Part shown: one piece after another, positions 9,677 through 17,487 of the stretch | Numbering within the stretch: the first letter of the stretch is position 1 | Layout of the letters: each line of letters starts with the position of its first letter | From: Gemmatimonadaceae bacterium | GTDB taxonomy: Bacteria; Gemmatimonadota; Gemmatimonadetes; Gemmatimonadales; Gemmatimonadaceae | Assembly: GCA_045803545.1 (NCBI GenBank) | Contig: JBJMOW010000005.1 | Location: forward strand, 736,001-800,000 | Direction of reading: 5' to 3' | DNA: 64,000 bases | Notes under the pieces: model-generated | The model's input: the letters and a program-made list of their open reading frames with translations, nothing else | Database searches by the model: none | What the model was told of the DNA's origin: nothing | Program-made: the position numbers and the translations under genes

Positions 9677-10399
9677 CTGAAGAAGACAACCCGGAAGACC
9701 GCAAAGCAAAAAGCCGTCCCCGCTGATGGGTCTCGGGCGAGCGCACTGGAAGAGGCGAACAAAACCGCCAGCTTCGTGGCGCACGAGCTGAACAATCTCC
9801 TCACGGTAATTCAGATCAACACCGAATTTCTGGTGGAATCGGTGGGCGCCTCTCCTGAAAATGCGGAGGAGCTCGACGAGATTCAGCGCGCCTCGCGACG
9901 CGCATCGATTCTGGCGCGCCAGCTGCTCGCCTCCGCGCGACTCGAGCCGTTCGATCCCGCGATTGTCGACGCAAGTCTGAGGAAGCAAGCCGCCGACAAC
10001 GCGGCCGCTGGCGCCGAGAAAGGAGCATCCCTCTCCGCGACGATCCTGCTTGTCGAGGACGAGGCCGCTGTTCGCGGAGTGGCGCGCAAGATTCTCGCGC
10101 AGAAAGGATACCGCGTGCTCGAAGCCTCCGATGGCGCCATCGCACTGAGAGTCGCCGCCGGTCACGTTGGCGAAATCGATCTCGTCCTCACCGACGTCGC
10201 GATGCCCGTGCTCGGCGGACGCGGGTTGGTCGAAGAGCTCCACGAGCTGAGTCCCGGGCTGCGGGTTCTCTTCATGTCCGGTTATCCGAGAGAGGAGGTG
10301 TTCCCGGACAAGAAGGATCAGGGGCCCTACCTGCAGAAACCTTTCACGACAGAGACGCTGATCGCGGAGGTGTCCTCGGCCCTTGGGATCGTCCGCTAG
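9677..10399 (+). CDS. HisKA(DHp)-receiver protein lacking a HATPase domain
   Basis: VAHELNNLLTVI H-box, short linker, receiver ILLVEDE...LVLTDVAMP...MSGY...LQKPF. The frame is open from 9602. GGAG (9668-9671) precedes CTG 9677. The ORF-track GTG 9776 would start only two residues before the H-box His. Confidence 0.78.
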   Translation: MKKTTRKTAKQKAVPADGSRASALEEANKTASFVAHELNNLLTVIQINTEFLVESVGASPENAEELDEIQRASRRASILARQLLASARLEPFDPAIVDASLRKQAADNAAAGAEKGASLSATILLVEDEAAVRGVARKILAQKGYRVLEASDGAIALRVAAGHVGEIDLVLTDVAMPVLGGRGLVEELHELSPGLRVLFMSGYPREEVFPDKKDQGPYLQKPFTTETLIAEVSSALGIVR

Positions 10400-10408
10400 C
10401 GAGTTCTC

Positions 10409-10795
10409 TTACGCGGCGGCGAGCTGGCTCGTACAGTGCGAGCAGCGTGTCGCTCCGCCGTCGATGGATTCCCTGCAGTAGGGACAGTTTTTCCTGGGCG
10501 CTTCGGCAGCCGGCTTGAAGAAGATCTTCGAGATGCGCCAGGCCACGAAACCGACGATCAGGAAATTGAGCGCCGCGGACAGAAAGTCTCCTATGCCGAA
10601 CTTGACCGAGCCGACGTTCCAGGTCGCCGTACGCCACTCGCCCGCCGGCAGCATGTAAGTGATCACGGGCATGATGAAGTCGTCGACCACGGCTTTGACG
10701 AGCGTGTTGAGGGCAGTTCCGACGACTACGGCTATCGCCAGCGCTACGACGTTCTGCTTAAGCAGGAACTCCTTGAACTCCTTGAGCATCGCCAT
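10409..10795 (-). CDS. mscL: Large-conductance mechanosensitive channel with C-terminal zinc-ribbon
   Basis: MLKEFKEF...NVVALAIAVVVG, GDFLSAALNFLIV, and C-terminal CPYC-x10-CSHC. Confidence 0.9.
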   Translation of the reverse strand: MAMLKEFKEFLLKQNVVALAIAVVVGTALNTLVKAVVDDFIMPVITYMLPAGEWRTATWNVGSVKFGIGDFLSAALNFLIVGFVAWRISKIFFKPAAEAPRKNCPYCRESIDGGATRCSHCTSQLAAA

Positions 10796-10936
10796 GGGTA
10801 CAGTCCTCGGATTGGGTTCTACATAGGAGGCCGATCAGCCGTCTTATGCCGGACAAATAAATACCGAAAAAACACGTAACGCGAGCGCCCTCCGGTGCGT
10901 CGAGTAGGTGTCTGCAGACATCGCAAAAAGTAACTC

Positions 10937-13099
10937 TTGACCAACCCGGCCCAGACCACGCCCCCGGCGGCTTCGTCGCCTCCATCAGCCTCGCCTCCGC
11001 AGCCCGCGGTGGCGACACTTTCGCGCGAATTGTCGGACTTCCTGGTCGAGCTCTCGATCACCCTCAACAAGCACGCGATTTATCCACAAAAGCATCCGCT
11101 CCTGGATGTCGCCGTTGACGGGGTAGCAAGCCGGCTGGGAATGCTCTTCGTCGAAGATCGCGACTCGCTGTCCATCGGCGTGGCGCGCCGCCAGTTGATC
11201 ATCGAGGGAGTGGCGACGGATCCATTGAACCCAGTGCTCAAAGAGCTCGCCCAACGGCTGCACCAGCACCAGGTCGGCGCGCTCAAGCTGACTCGCGGAA
11301 TCACTCGTGACGAGCTCGCTGCGGCGTTGGCAGCATTATCCGTCGATCCTACACGATCAGCGCCAATTGGCCGCGACACGGAGCGCCTTGACACGCTATG
11401 GGACCATGTCCGTTTCTTTCCGCTGACGTACGACCGACTGCAGCTGATTGAAGATGACCCCGCGGAGCCACCCGGAACCGACAAAATGCTCGCTGGTCGT
11501 GCGACGCAGCTCTGGATCGGGCTCGCCCGCGCGGCACTTTTCTCTGGTGCGACCGCTGCGGATAAAAAAAAGACCGACGCTGACGATGACAGCTCGCTCG
11601 AACCAGCCACGGTCGCGCGCGCGATCGACGAGCACCAGCGCGAAGAAGCGTACGACCAGGTAATCGTCGGCTACCTGCTTCAGATCGGAGAGGAGCTCAA
11701 GACCGCCGAGGGGCCAGAGGCAGCGGGGCTGCAGCGCCGCGTCTCACGCCTGGTTGGAACGCTCAAGCAGTCGACCCTCGAGCGCTTGCTCGAGATGGGC
11801 GGTGACAAGGTCCAGCGCCGCAAATTCCTGCTCGATGCCTCTCAGGGGATTACGGTCGAGGCAGTAATGGACCTCGTAAAAGCTGCGTCAGCAGCAGAAG
11901 GACAAACCGTATCACACTCGATGCTGCGCATGCTGTCGAAGTTGGCGCACCACCCATCCGCCACAAACGAGCGCGGGAAAACCGATCCAAGCATTCGCGA
12001 TGTCATGCGCCGGTTGGTGGACGACTGGACGCTCGACGATCCAAACCCCGAAGCCTACCGGCAAGCGCTCGAGAACATGTCCAGCTTGCGGAACGCCAAC
12101 GACAAGCCGACAAGCGGCGCGCAGCCAGTCGACGTCGAGCCCGAGCGAATAATTCAGATCGCAGTCGAAATCGGTGCGATCGGCCCGCAGGTGCACATGG
12201 CGATGGAGCTCCTGCAGAAAACCGGGCGCATCGATGCGCTGCTCGACCTGGTCGAGCGCGGCCCGACGGCGGGTGCGTCAATGCCCGTCTGGGATTTCCT
12301 GGTAGAGCAAGGCGCGTTCGAAACACTGTTGGCCCAGCCACGACTCGATTTGCCGCTGATTACACGCTTCGTAAAGAGATTGGGCGCTGCGGCGGCACCG
12401 ACGCTGCTTGCCGCAGCAGTGCTGATCGAGGAGGCAAAAACTCGCGGACAGTTTTACGACCTCCTCCTCACTCTAGGCGACTCCGTCGGCGACGAGATTG
12501 CGCGGCGCCTCCCGGAGGCTTCGAGCACCGTTCAGCGCGAGTTGCTCGCCCTCGTCGGCAAGCTCGGTGTTGTGCCAGCGGACTTTTCCGCGCTTGCGTA
12601 TGTCGATAGCGAGGACCCGCTGGTCCGGCGCGAGGCAGTGCGTATCCTGCTCAAGAATCCCGCGGACCGCGACGAAGCCGTCGTCGCCGCATTGTCCGAT
12701 CCGGACGATCGCGTTGTGTTCGCGGGTCTGTCGGCCGCACAGGAAAAGTGTCCGCCAATCGGCATCAATTTGATCAAGCAACGAGTCGACCGCGGAGAGC
12801 TGGACTCGCAGCTTCGTACGATGGGCATCCGCATCATTGGCCAGACCCGAAGCACGGATGCACTCGACTGGCTGCTGCCGCACGTCATGACCGAGACGAG
12901 CTGGTCACGCCGACCGAAGCTTCGCCCGTCGTCGGCGGACATGCTGGCAGCGTTGAGCATGATTGCTACCCACTGGCGGACGCATCCCGCCGCCGAGCCC
13001 GCGCTGAAACTGGCCGAGCAGAGCAGAGATCCTGAAGTGCGCGGCAAGCTAACGAGGACTCGAGCCGCAACGAGCACGCCGGACAGCAAGAATGAGTGA
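10937..13099 (+). CDS. HEAT-repeat-containing protein
   Basis: Helical protein with C-terminal DPLVRREAV / LSDPDDRVV / DPEVR repeats. Overlaps the next gene by 8 bp. Confidence 0.7.
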   Translation: MTNPAQTTPPAASSPPSASPPQPAVATLSRELSDFLVELSITLNKHAIYPQKHPLLDVAVDGVASRLGMLFVEDRDSLSIGVARRQLIIEGVATDPLNPVLKELAQRLHQHQVGALKLTRGITRDELAAALAALSVDPTRSAPIGRDTERLDTLWDHVRFFPLTYDRLQLIEDDPAEPPGTDKMLAGRATQLWIGLARAALFSGATAADKKKTDADDDSSLEPATVARAIDEHQREEAYDQVIVGYLLQIGEELKTAEGPEAAGLQRRVSRLVGTLKQSTLERLLEMGGDKVQRRKFLLDASQGITVEAVMDLVKAASAAEGQTVSHSMLRMLSKLAHHPSATNERGKTDPSIRDVMRRLVDDWTLDDPNPEAYRQALENMSSLRNANDKPTSGAQPVDVEPERIIQIAVEIGAIGPQVHMAMELLQKTGRIDALLDLVERGPTAGASMPVWDFLVEQGAFETLLAQPRLDLPLITRFVKRLGAAAAPTLLAAAVLIEEAKTRGQFYDLLLTLGDSVGDEIARRLPEASSTVQRELLALVGKLGVVPADFSALAYVDSEDPLVRREAVRILLKNPADRDEAVVAALSDPDDRVVFAGLSAAQEKCPPIGINLIKQRVDRGELDSQLRTMGIRIIGQTRSTDALDWLLPHVMTETSWSRRPKLRPSSADMLAALSMIATHWRTHPAAEPALKLAEQSRDPEVRGKLTRTRAATSTPDSKNE

Positions 13100-14342
13100 T
13101 CCGATTCGTTTCCTGGTCTCATTTGGCCAGGCCGTGTCCACAATGGCGCTCTATAACGACGGACACCCGGCCCGCGAACGGGCTGTGGACCGCTCGTATC
13201 AGTGCCTGCAGGACCTGCAACGCGACGACGCCTGCCCCCGCTTCTCGTTCCTTGGCGAAGAAACGATCTATCAGGAAACGGCGCTCCGCGAGCTGGGCGA
13301 TTGGGAGTGGGGCACCCGCCTGGCGCAGGCCGGTGTGCAACGCATTGAGTTCGACAAGAACGTTGGACGCGAGCAGTACGAGGAGTTCCTCGAGGAAATG
13401 ATGGCGCGCATCACCTTATCGGTGATCGATACATCCGAAACCCGGACGACACGCCAGACAGGCATCAAGATCGGCGCGCTCGGCATTCGCGGAGAGAAGA
13501 AGGAGATCGAGCCAAGCTTGGTCGCGCCGGTGCCCGTCGCAACGATGTCGTACTCGCTCGGCGAAGAGGCAGAATCGATCCAGTCGATGCATCGGGATGT
13601 GCTCGAGCGCGGAAAGCTGCCACTCGCCGAGGCCGAAGCGGTCGTTCGCTCGCTGTCGATGGCAATGCACGGCGACCAGCAGATGATTCTGCCATTGCTG
13701 CAACTGCGCGAGTTCGATGAGTACACCACGACACACTCGTTGAACGTCTCGGTGCTGGTGATGGCGCTTGCTGAATCGCTGCAGCTCGCCCAGCAGGACG
13801 TGCGCGCGTTCGGCATTGCCGGACTGCTGCACGACCTCGGCAAGGTCAAGATTCCCAAGGACATCCTCAACAAGCCCGGCAAGCTAACGGACGAGGAGCG
13901 CCAGGTAATGCAGAATCATCCGGTTGCGGGCGCCAAAATGATCATCGAGAGCGGGCGCAAGCTCGATCTGGCGGCCACGGTAGCGCACGAGCACCACATC
14001 ATGATCAACGGGCAGGGCTATCCTACGCGTCACTATCAGCGCCCCTGTCACAAGGCGAGCAATCTCGTGCACGTCTGCGATGTCTACGACGCTTTGCGCA
14101 CGAAGCGCCCATATCGCGACGCGTGGGACGCCCAGCGGGTGCTGACGTACATAGAGGAGCGCGCAGGCACCGAGTTCGAGCCCGAGATCGCCGGCGCATT
14201 CGTCAAAATGATGCGCAAGCTCGAAACCGGAATTCAGCTCTCACCGCTGACCATTAATGGCAACGGCCAGTCGCACCCAGAGCAGAAACCCGCCCCGCAA
14301 ATTCCCTCAGGTCAGGGGAACACCCCCGAAAGACAGCCGTAA
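13092..14342 (+). CDS. HD-GYP domain cyclic dinucleotide phosphodiesterase
   Basis: DEYTTTHS, LLHDLGK, ILNKPGKLT, HEHH...GQGYP and DVYDALRTKRPYR motifs. Confidence 0.9.
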   Translation: MSDPIRFLVSFGQAVSTMALYNDGHPARERAVDRSYQCLQDLQRDDACPRFSFLGEETIYQETALRELGDWEWGTRLAQAGVQRIEFDKNVGREQYEEFLEEMMARITLSVIDTSETRTTRQTGIKIGALGIRGEKKEIEPSLVAPVPVATMSYSLGEEAESIQSMHRDVLERGKLPLAEAEAVVRSLSMAMHGDQQMILPLLQLREFDEYTTTHSLNVSVLVMALAESLQLAQQDVRAFGIAGLLHDLGKVKIPKDILNKPGKLTDEERQVMQNHPVAGAKMIIESGRKLDLAATVAHEHHIMINGQGYPTRHYQRPCHKASNLVHVCDVYDALRTKRPYRDAWDAQRVLTYIEERAGTEFEPEIAGAFVKMMRKLETGIQLSPLTINGNGQSHPEQKPAPQIPSGQGNTPERQP

Positions 14343-14369
14343 CAAATCCCAGTTACGGCTCGTGATGAA

Positions 14370-14395
14370 AAAATGCGTCGGTCCCGACGCATTTT
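14370..14395. terminator. Perfect inverted repeat (terminator or operator) between HD-GYP and pilin genes
   Basis: AAAATGCGTCGG-TC-CCGACGCATTTT. Confidence 0.55.
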
Positions 14396-14473
14396 CGGGT
14401 TGCTGATGAAAAAGCCTGCTCGTCTTTCTAGTAGAAAAACTGCGCTGACGCACTCATCTACTGGAGGAATTGG

Positions 14474-14851
14474 ATGTCCGCGAACAGGAAGGGTTTTACC
14501 CTCATCGAGCTTCTGATCGTAGTCGTGATCATCGGCATTCTTGCCGCGATTGCGATCCCGAAGTTCGCCAATACAAAAGAAAAAGCCTACGTTGCCGCGA
14601 TGAAGTCTGACCTGCGCAACCTCGCCACTTATGAAGAGCAGTACGCCGCCGACAATCAGGGCGATTATTTCAGCGGTGCCGCTACCTCGGCCGCGCCCGT
14701 GAACGGCTTCACGCCATCGTCCAACGTGACGATCACGGCGACTGCCGACCCTGGCCCGCCGCCGGCATGGACCGCGACTGCAAGCCACTCCCAGACCGCG
14801 AAGACTTGCGACATGGGAGTCACAGCGCCTGGTGTGATCACCTGCACCTAA
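14474..14851 (+). CDS. pilA: Type IV pilin
   Basis: Class III signal K-G|FTLIELLIVVVIIGILAAIAIP, C-terminal Cys pair, and GGAGGA ribosome binding site. Confidence 0.92.
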   Translation: MSANRKGFTLIELLIVVVIIGILAAIAIPKFANTKEKAYVAAMKSDLRNLATYEEQYAADNQGDYFSGAATSAAPVNGFTPSSNVTITATADPGPPPAWTATASHSQTAKTCDMGVTAPGVITCT

Positions 14852-14872
14852 TCAGGTGATAGCGGTTGGAGT

Positions 14873-14902
14873 AAAAAAGGACGTCGAAAGACGTCCTTTT
14901 TT
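14873..14902. terminator. Bidirectional intrinsic terminator
   Basis: AAAAAAGGACGTC-GAAA-GACGTCCTTTTTT between the convergent pilin and MarR genes. Confidence 0.88.
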
Positions 14903-15419
14903 ATTTCTGGCCCCGAGACTTTCGCCGGATTGGCGGTTTCTCGAACAGCATTGCTGATTGGGTGGCACCGAGTCCTGATGCTTCGAGCCACTTCTCCAAG
15001 CCGCTCGCGATCGCGCGTCGCTCGGTCACACCAAGACTTGCAAAACCCTCGATCAGATCCTGCTGTATCGCACGCGGCGATCGACGCAGCAAGCTCACTC
15101 CCTGGCGGGTGAGACGTAACACTGACCGACGACCGTCCGTGGGGTCCAGGGCACGGGTCAGCAGCCCCTTGGCTAGCAGACCGCTCACCACCTCTGAGAC
15201 CGTGCTGTGCGTAGTCATCGTGAGCTCCGCCAAATCCTTAACGGATTGGTCGGGCGAGTTCGCGAGCTCGCTCATCACGAACAGCTGGGCAGCGCTGATC
15301 TTGAGGTCGCGCTCAACTGCCTCCGCGGCGGCACGGAGTCCGCGCACCATTCGTCTCAGCGCGTTGATTGCGCGAGCCACTTCTGCCTGGTTGGCTCTGT
15401 TTGCCTTGGGCCTGGCCAT
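14901..15419 (-). CDS. MarR family transcriptional regulator
   Basis: ISAAQLFVM, HTH region SVKDLAE...STVSEVV..L..KGLL.R, and D..DGRRSVL.LT..G. Start is ATG 15419 or TTG 15422. Confidence 0.88.
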   Translation of the reverse strand: MARPKANRANQAEVARAINALRRMVRGLRAAAEAVERDLKISAAQLFVMSELANSPDQSVKDLAELTMTTHSTVSEVVSGLLAKGLLTRALDPTDGRRSVLRLTRQGVSLLRRSPRAIQQDLIEGFASLGVTERRAIASGLEKWLEASGLGATQSAMLFEKPPIRRKSRGQK

Positions 15420-15422
15420 CAA

Positions 15423-15495
<73 letters not shown>

Positions 15496-15652
15496 TAAGC
15501 ACCGCAAGATAAACTGCCCGCAACCCCCCGAAAAACATCACAAATATGCGTTAAACGCTTGTCGCGACACGTAACGCTCCGTGGAGGGCACTTCGGGTAC
15601 GGCTCAACTGTAAGAAATCGTCAGTATAGTGACCCGAATTGCGGGCGGTATT

Positions 15653-16630
15653 ATGCCATTCACCTTCTCGAAGGTAAACGCCGTAATCCGCGCTGTCAGA
15701 ATGTCCAGACAGCGCGATGCGAAAGCCGCGCGTCTCGCCGCTCTCGAAGAAAGTAATTCGCTGCTGCAGTTCCAGGCGCGGCAGCTCGAGAACCAGAAGA
15801 ATGAGGCGAGGGAGCTCGCGCACGAGTTGGCGCTGACCAACGAGGAGCTTCGAGCGGCGATCAGTGAAGCCAGGAAAGCCTGGGCGGCGGCAGACGGCGC
15901 GAATCGCTCGAAGGCCGAGTTTTTGGCTGTCATGAGCCACGAGTTGCGCACACCTCTCAACTCGATCGGTGGATATGTCGATCTGCTGGAGATGGAGCTT
16001 CACGGTCCGCTCACCGAACCGCAGCGGTCAGATCTGGCTCGCATCCGCCGCAGCCAGCACCACCTGCTCGCGATCATCACCGACATTCTCAACTTCACCC
16101 GGCTCGAAGCTACCGAAGTCAAATTCGACATCATCGAAGTACCACTGCGCGCCCTGGTGGGCGATCTCGATGGAGTCGTTGATTCGCTCGCGCGCGCAAA
16201 ATCAATCTCGTATCACTGTGACGCGCCTACAGGCGGCATTTTCGTTCGAACCGATCCCGACAAGTTGCGTCAGATCCTGATCAACCTCCTCTCGAACGCG
16301 GTGAAATTCACCCCCACTGGCGGGAGCATTCGCCTCTTCACTACGACCGTACGCAACAACGTCTTCATTCACGTGAAGGACACAGGGCCAGGAATCCCGA
16401 CTGACAAGCAGCAGCTGATTTTCGAGCCGTTCGTGCAGCTCGATCGCGGGCTCACGCGAACTACAGAGGGGACCGGGCTCGGACTGGCAATCAGTCGCGG
16501 GCTGGCGCGCGGGATGGGCGCCGACATTTCGGTCAAGAGCGAGCCGGGCAAAGGATCCACGTTCACTCTCACCCTCCCAATAGCAGCCCGTCGTCCGACG
16601 CCAGGCCCACTGCCCCGCGTCGCCGTTTAG
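15653..16630 (+). CDS. Cytoplasmic histidine kinase (coiled coil + HisKA + HATPase), no obvious sensor domain
   Basis: MSHELRTPL, NLLSNAVKFT, DTGPGI, FEPF and GTGLGL boxes. Start uncertain (15629, 15653 or 15701). Confidence 0.88.
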   Translation: MPFTFSKVNAVIRAVRMSRQRDAKAARLAALEESNSLLQFQARQLENQKNEARELAHELALTNEELRAAISEARKAWAAADGANRSKAEFLAVMSHELRTPLNSIGGYVDLLEMELHGPLTEPQRSDLARIRRSQHHLLAIITDILNFTRLEATEVKFDIIEVPLRALVGDLDGVVDSLARAKSISYHCDAPTGGIFVRTDPDKLRQILINLLSNAVKFTPTGGSIRLFTTTVRNNVFIHVKDTGPGIPTDKQQLIFEPFVQLDRGLTRTTEGTGLGLAISRGLARGMGADISVKSEPGKGSTFTLTLPIAARRPTPGPLPRVAV

Positions 16631-16694
16631 CGCTCGCTCAGCTTTTTTGGTCTAATCCTCGCACTCTCGTCCGAGGTCTTTCCTCGAGCGAGCA

Positions 16695-17372
16695 ATGCCA
16701 GCAGTCGCCAAGAAAACTTCAACCGGGCCTGTCCGCTGTAAGCGGAAATTCCTGCGGTTCTTCCCAAAAGGGTTTCAGGATCCAAAGTACGTCGACTGGG
16801 AGCGGGGCTACAAATGGGAAGCCCACGAGCGATGGCGCGAATTGCTCGGGCGTGAAACGCACCGCGAGCTGATCTCCGATGGCGAGCACGCGGAAGTAGC
16901 GCGCCGTGCAGTTACGATCGAGTCGCGAACGAACCTCCTTTTCTCATTCGAGAAAATGGCGCTCCGCGACGCAGTAAAAAGCGCCGCCGGAGCAAAGGCG
17001 TTCGCGGAGGGGCTTTTCGAATTCCTGTATAGCAGGACATCAGATCGCGTGAGGTTCGAGCAGTGGTGCGAGGTTGTCGGCGCCCTGCCACGCCGTCAAA
17101 CGCGGGTTCTAACGTGGCCCGTGGTTACCGTTTTCGGGTTTCTGGCATTGCCGGACCGCCACTTCTTCCTGAAACCCACGGTCACTCGCGTTGCTGCCCG
17201 CGAATACGGCTACGATTTCCAGTACCAGTCGCGGCCCAATTGGGACACCTACTCAGACCTGCTGACATTTGCTGAGACGGTTTCCAGCGACCTCAAGGAG
17301 CTCCGGCCTCGCGACATGATCGACATCCAGTCCTTTCTCTGGGTACAGGGCTCCGACGAATACGAGGAGTGA
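16695..17372 (+). CDS. Hypothetical protein
   Basis: 225-aa ORF with protein-like composition, filling the gap between two kinase genes. Ends DMIDIQSFLWV. Confidence 0.7.
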   Translation: MPAVAKKTSTGPVRCKRKFLRFFPKGFQDPKYVDWERGYKWEAHERWRELLGRETHRELISDGEHAEVARRAVTIESRTNLLFSFEKMALRDAVKSAAGAKAFAEGLFEFLYSRTSDRVRFEQWCEVVGALPRRQTRVLTWPVVTVFGFLALPDRHFFLKPTVTRVAAREYGYDFQYQSRPNWDTYSDLLTFAETVSSDLKELRPRDMIDIQSFLWVQGSDEYEE

Positions 17373-17487
17373 CACGAGCCTGACCGGACGTGAATCTGCA
17401 CCTGAATTGACGGCAGAACGGGTGTCCACCAGAGGCGGATAGTCGTCCAATAGTAGCCCCAGAGTCGCTTCTCTATCACGCTCGGTC

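Noticed and set aside
14343..14473. c-di-GMP riboswitch before the pilin gene
   Set aside because: I could not find the GEMM-type conserved elements by eye. An Rfam scan would be decisive.
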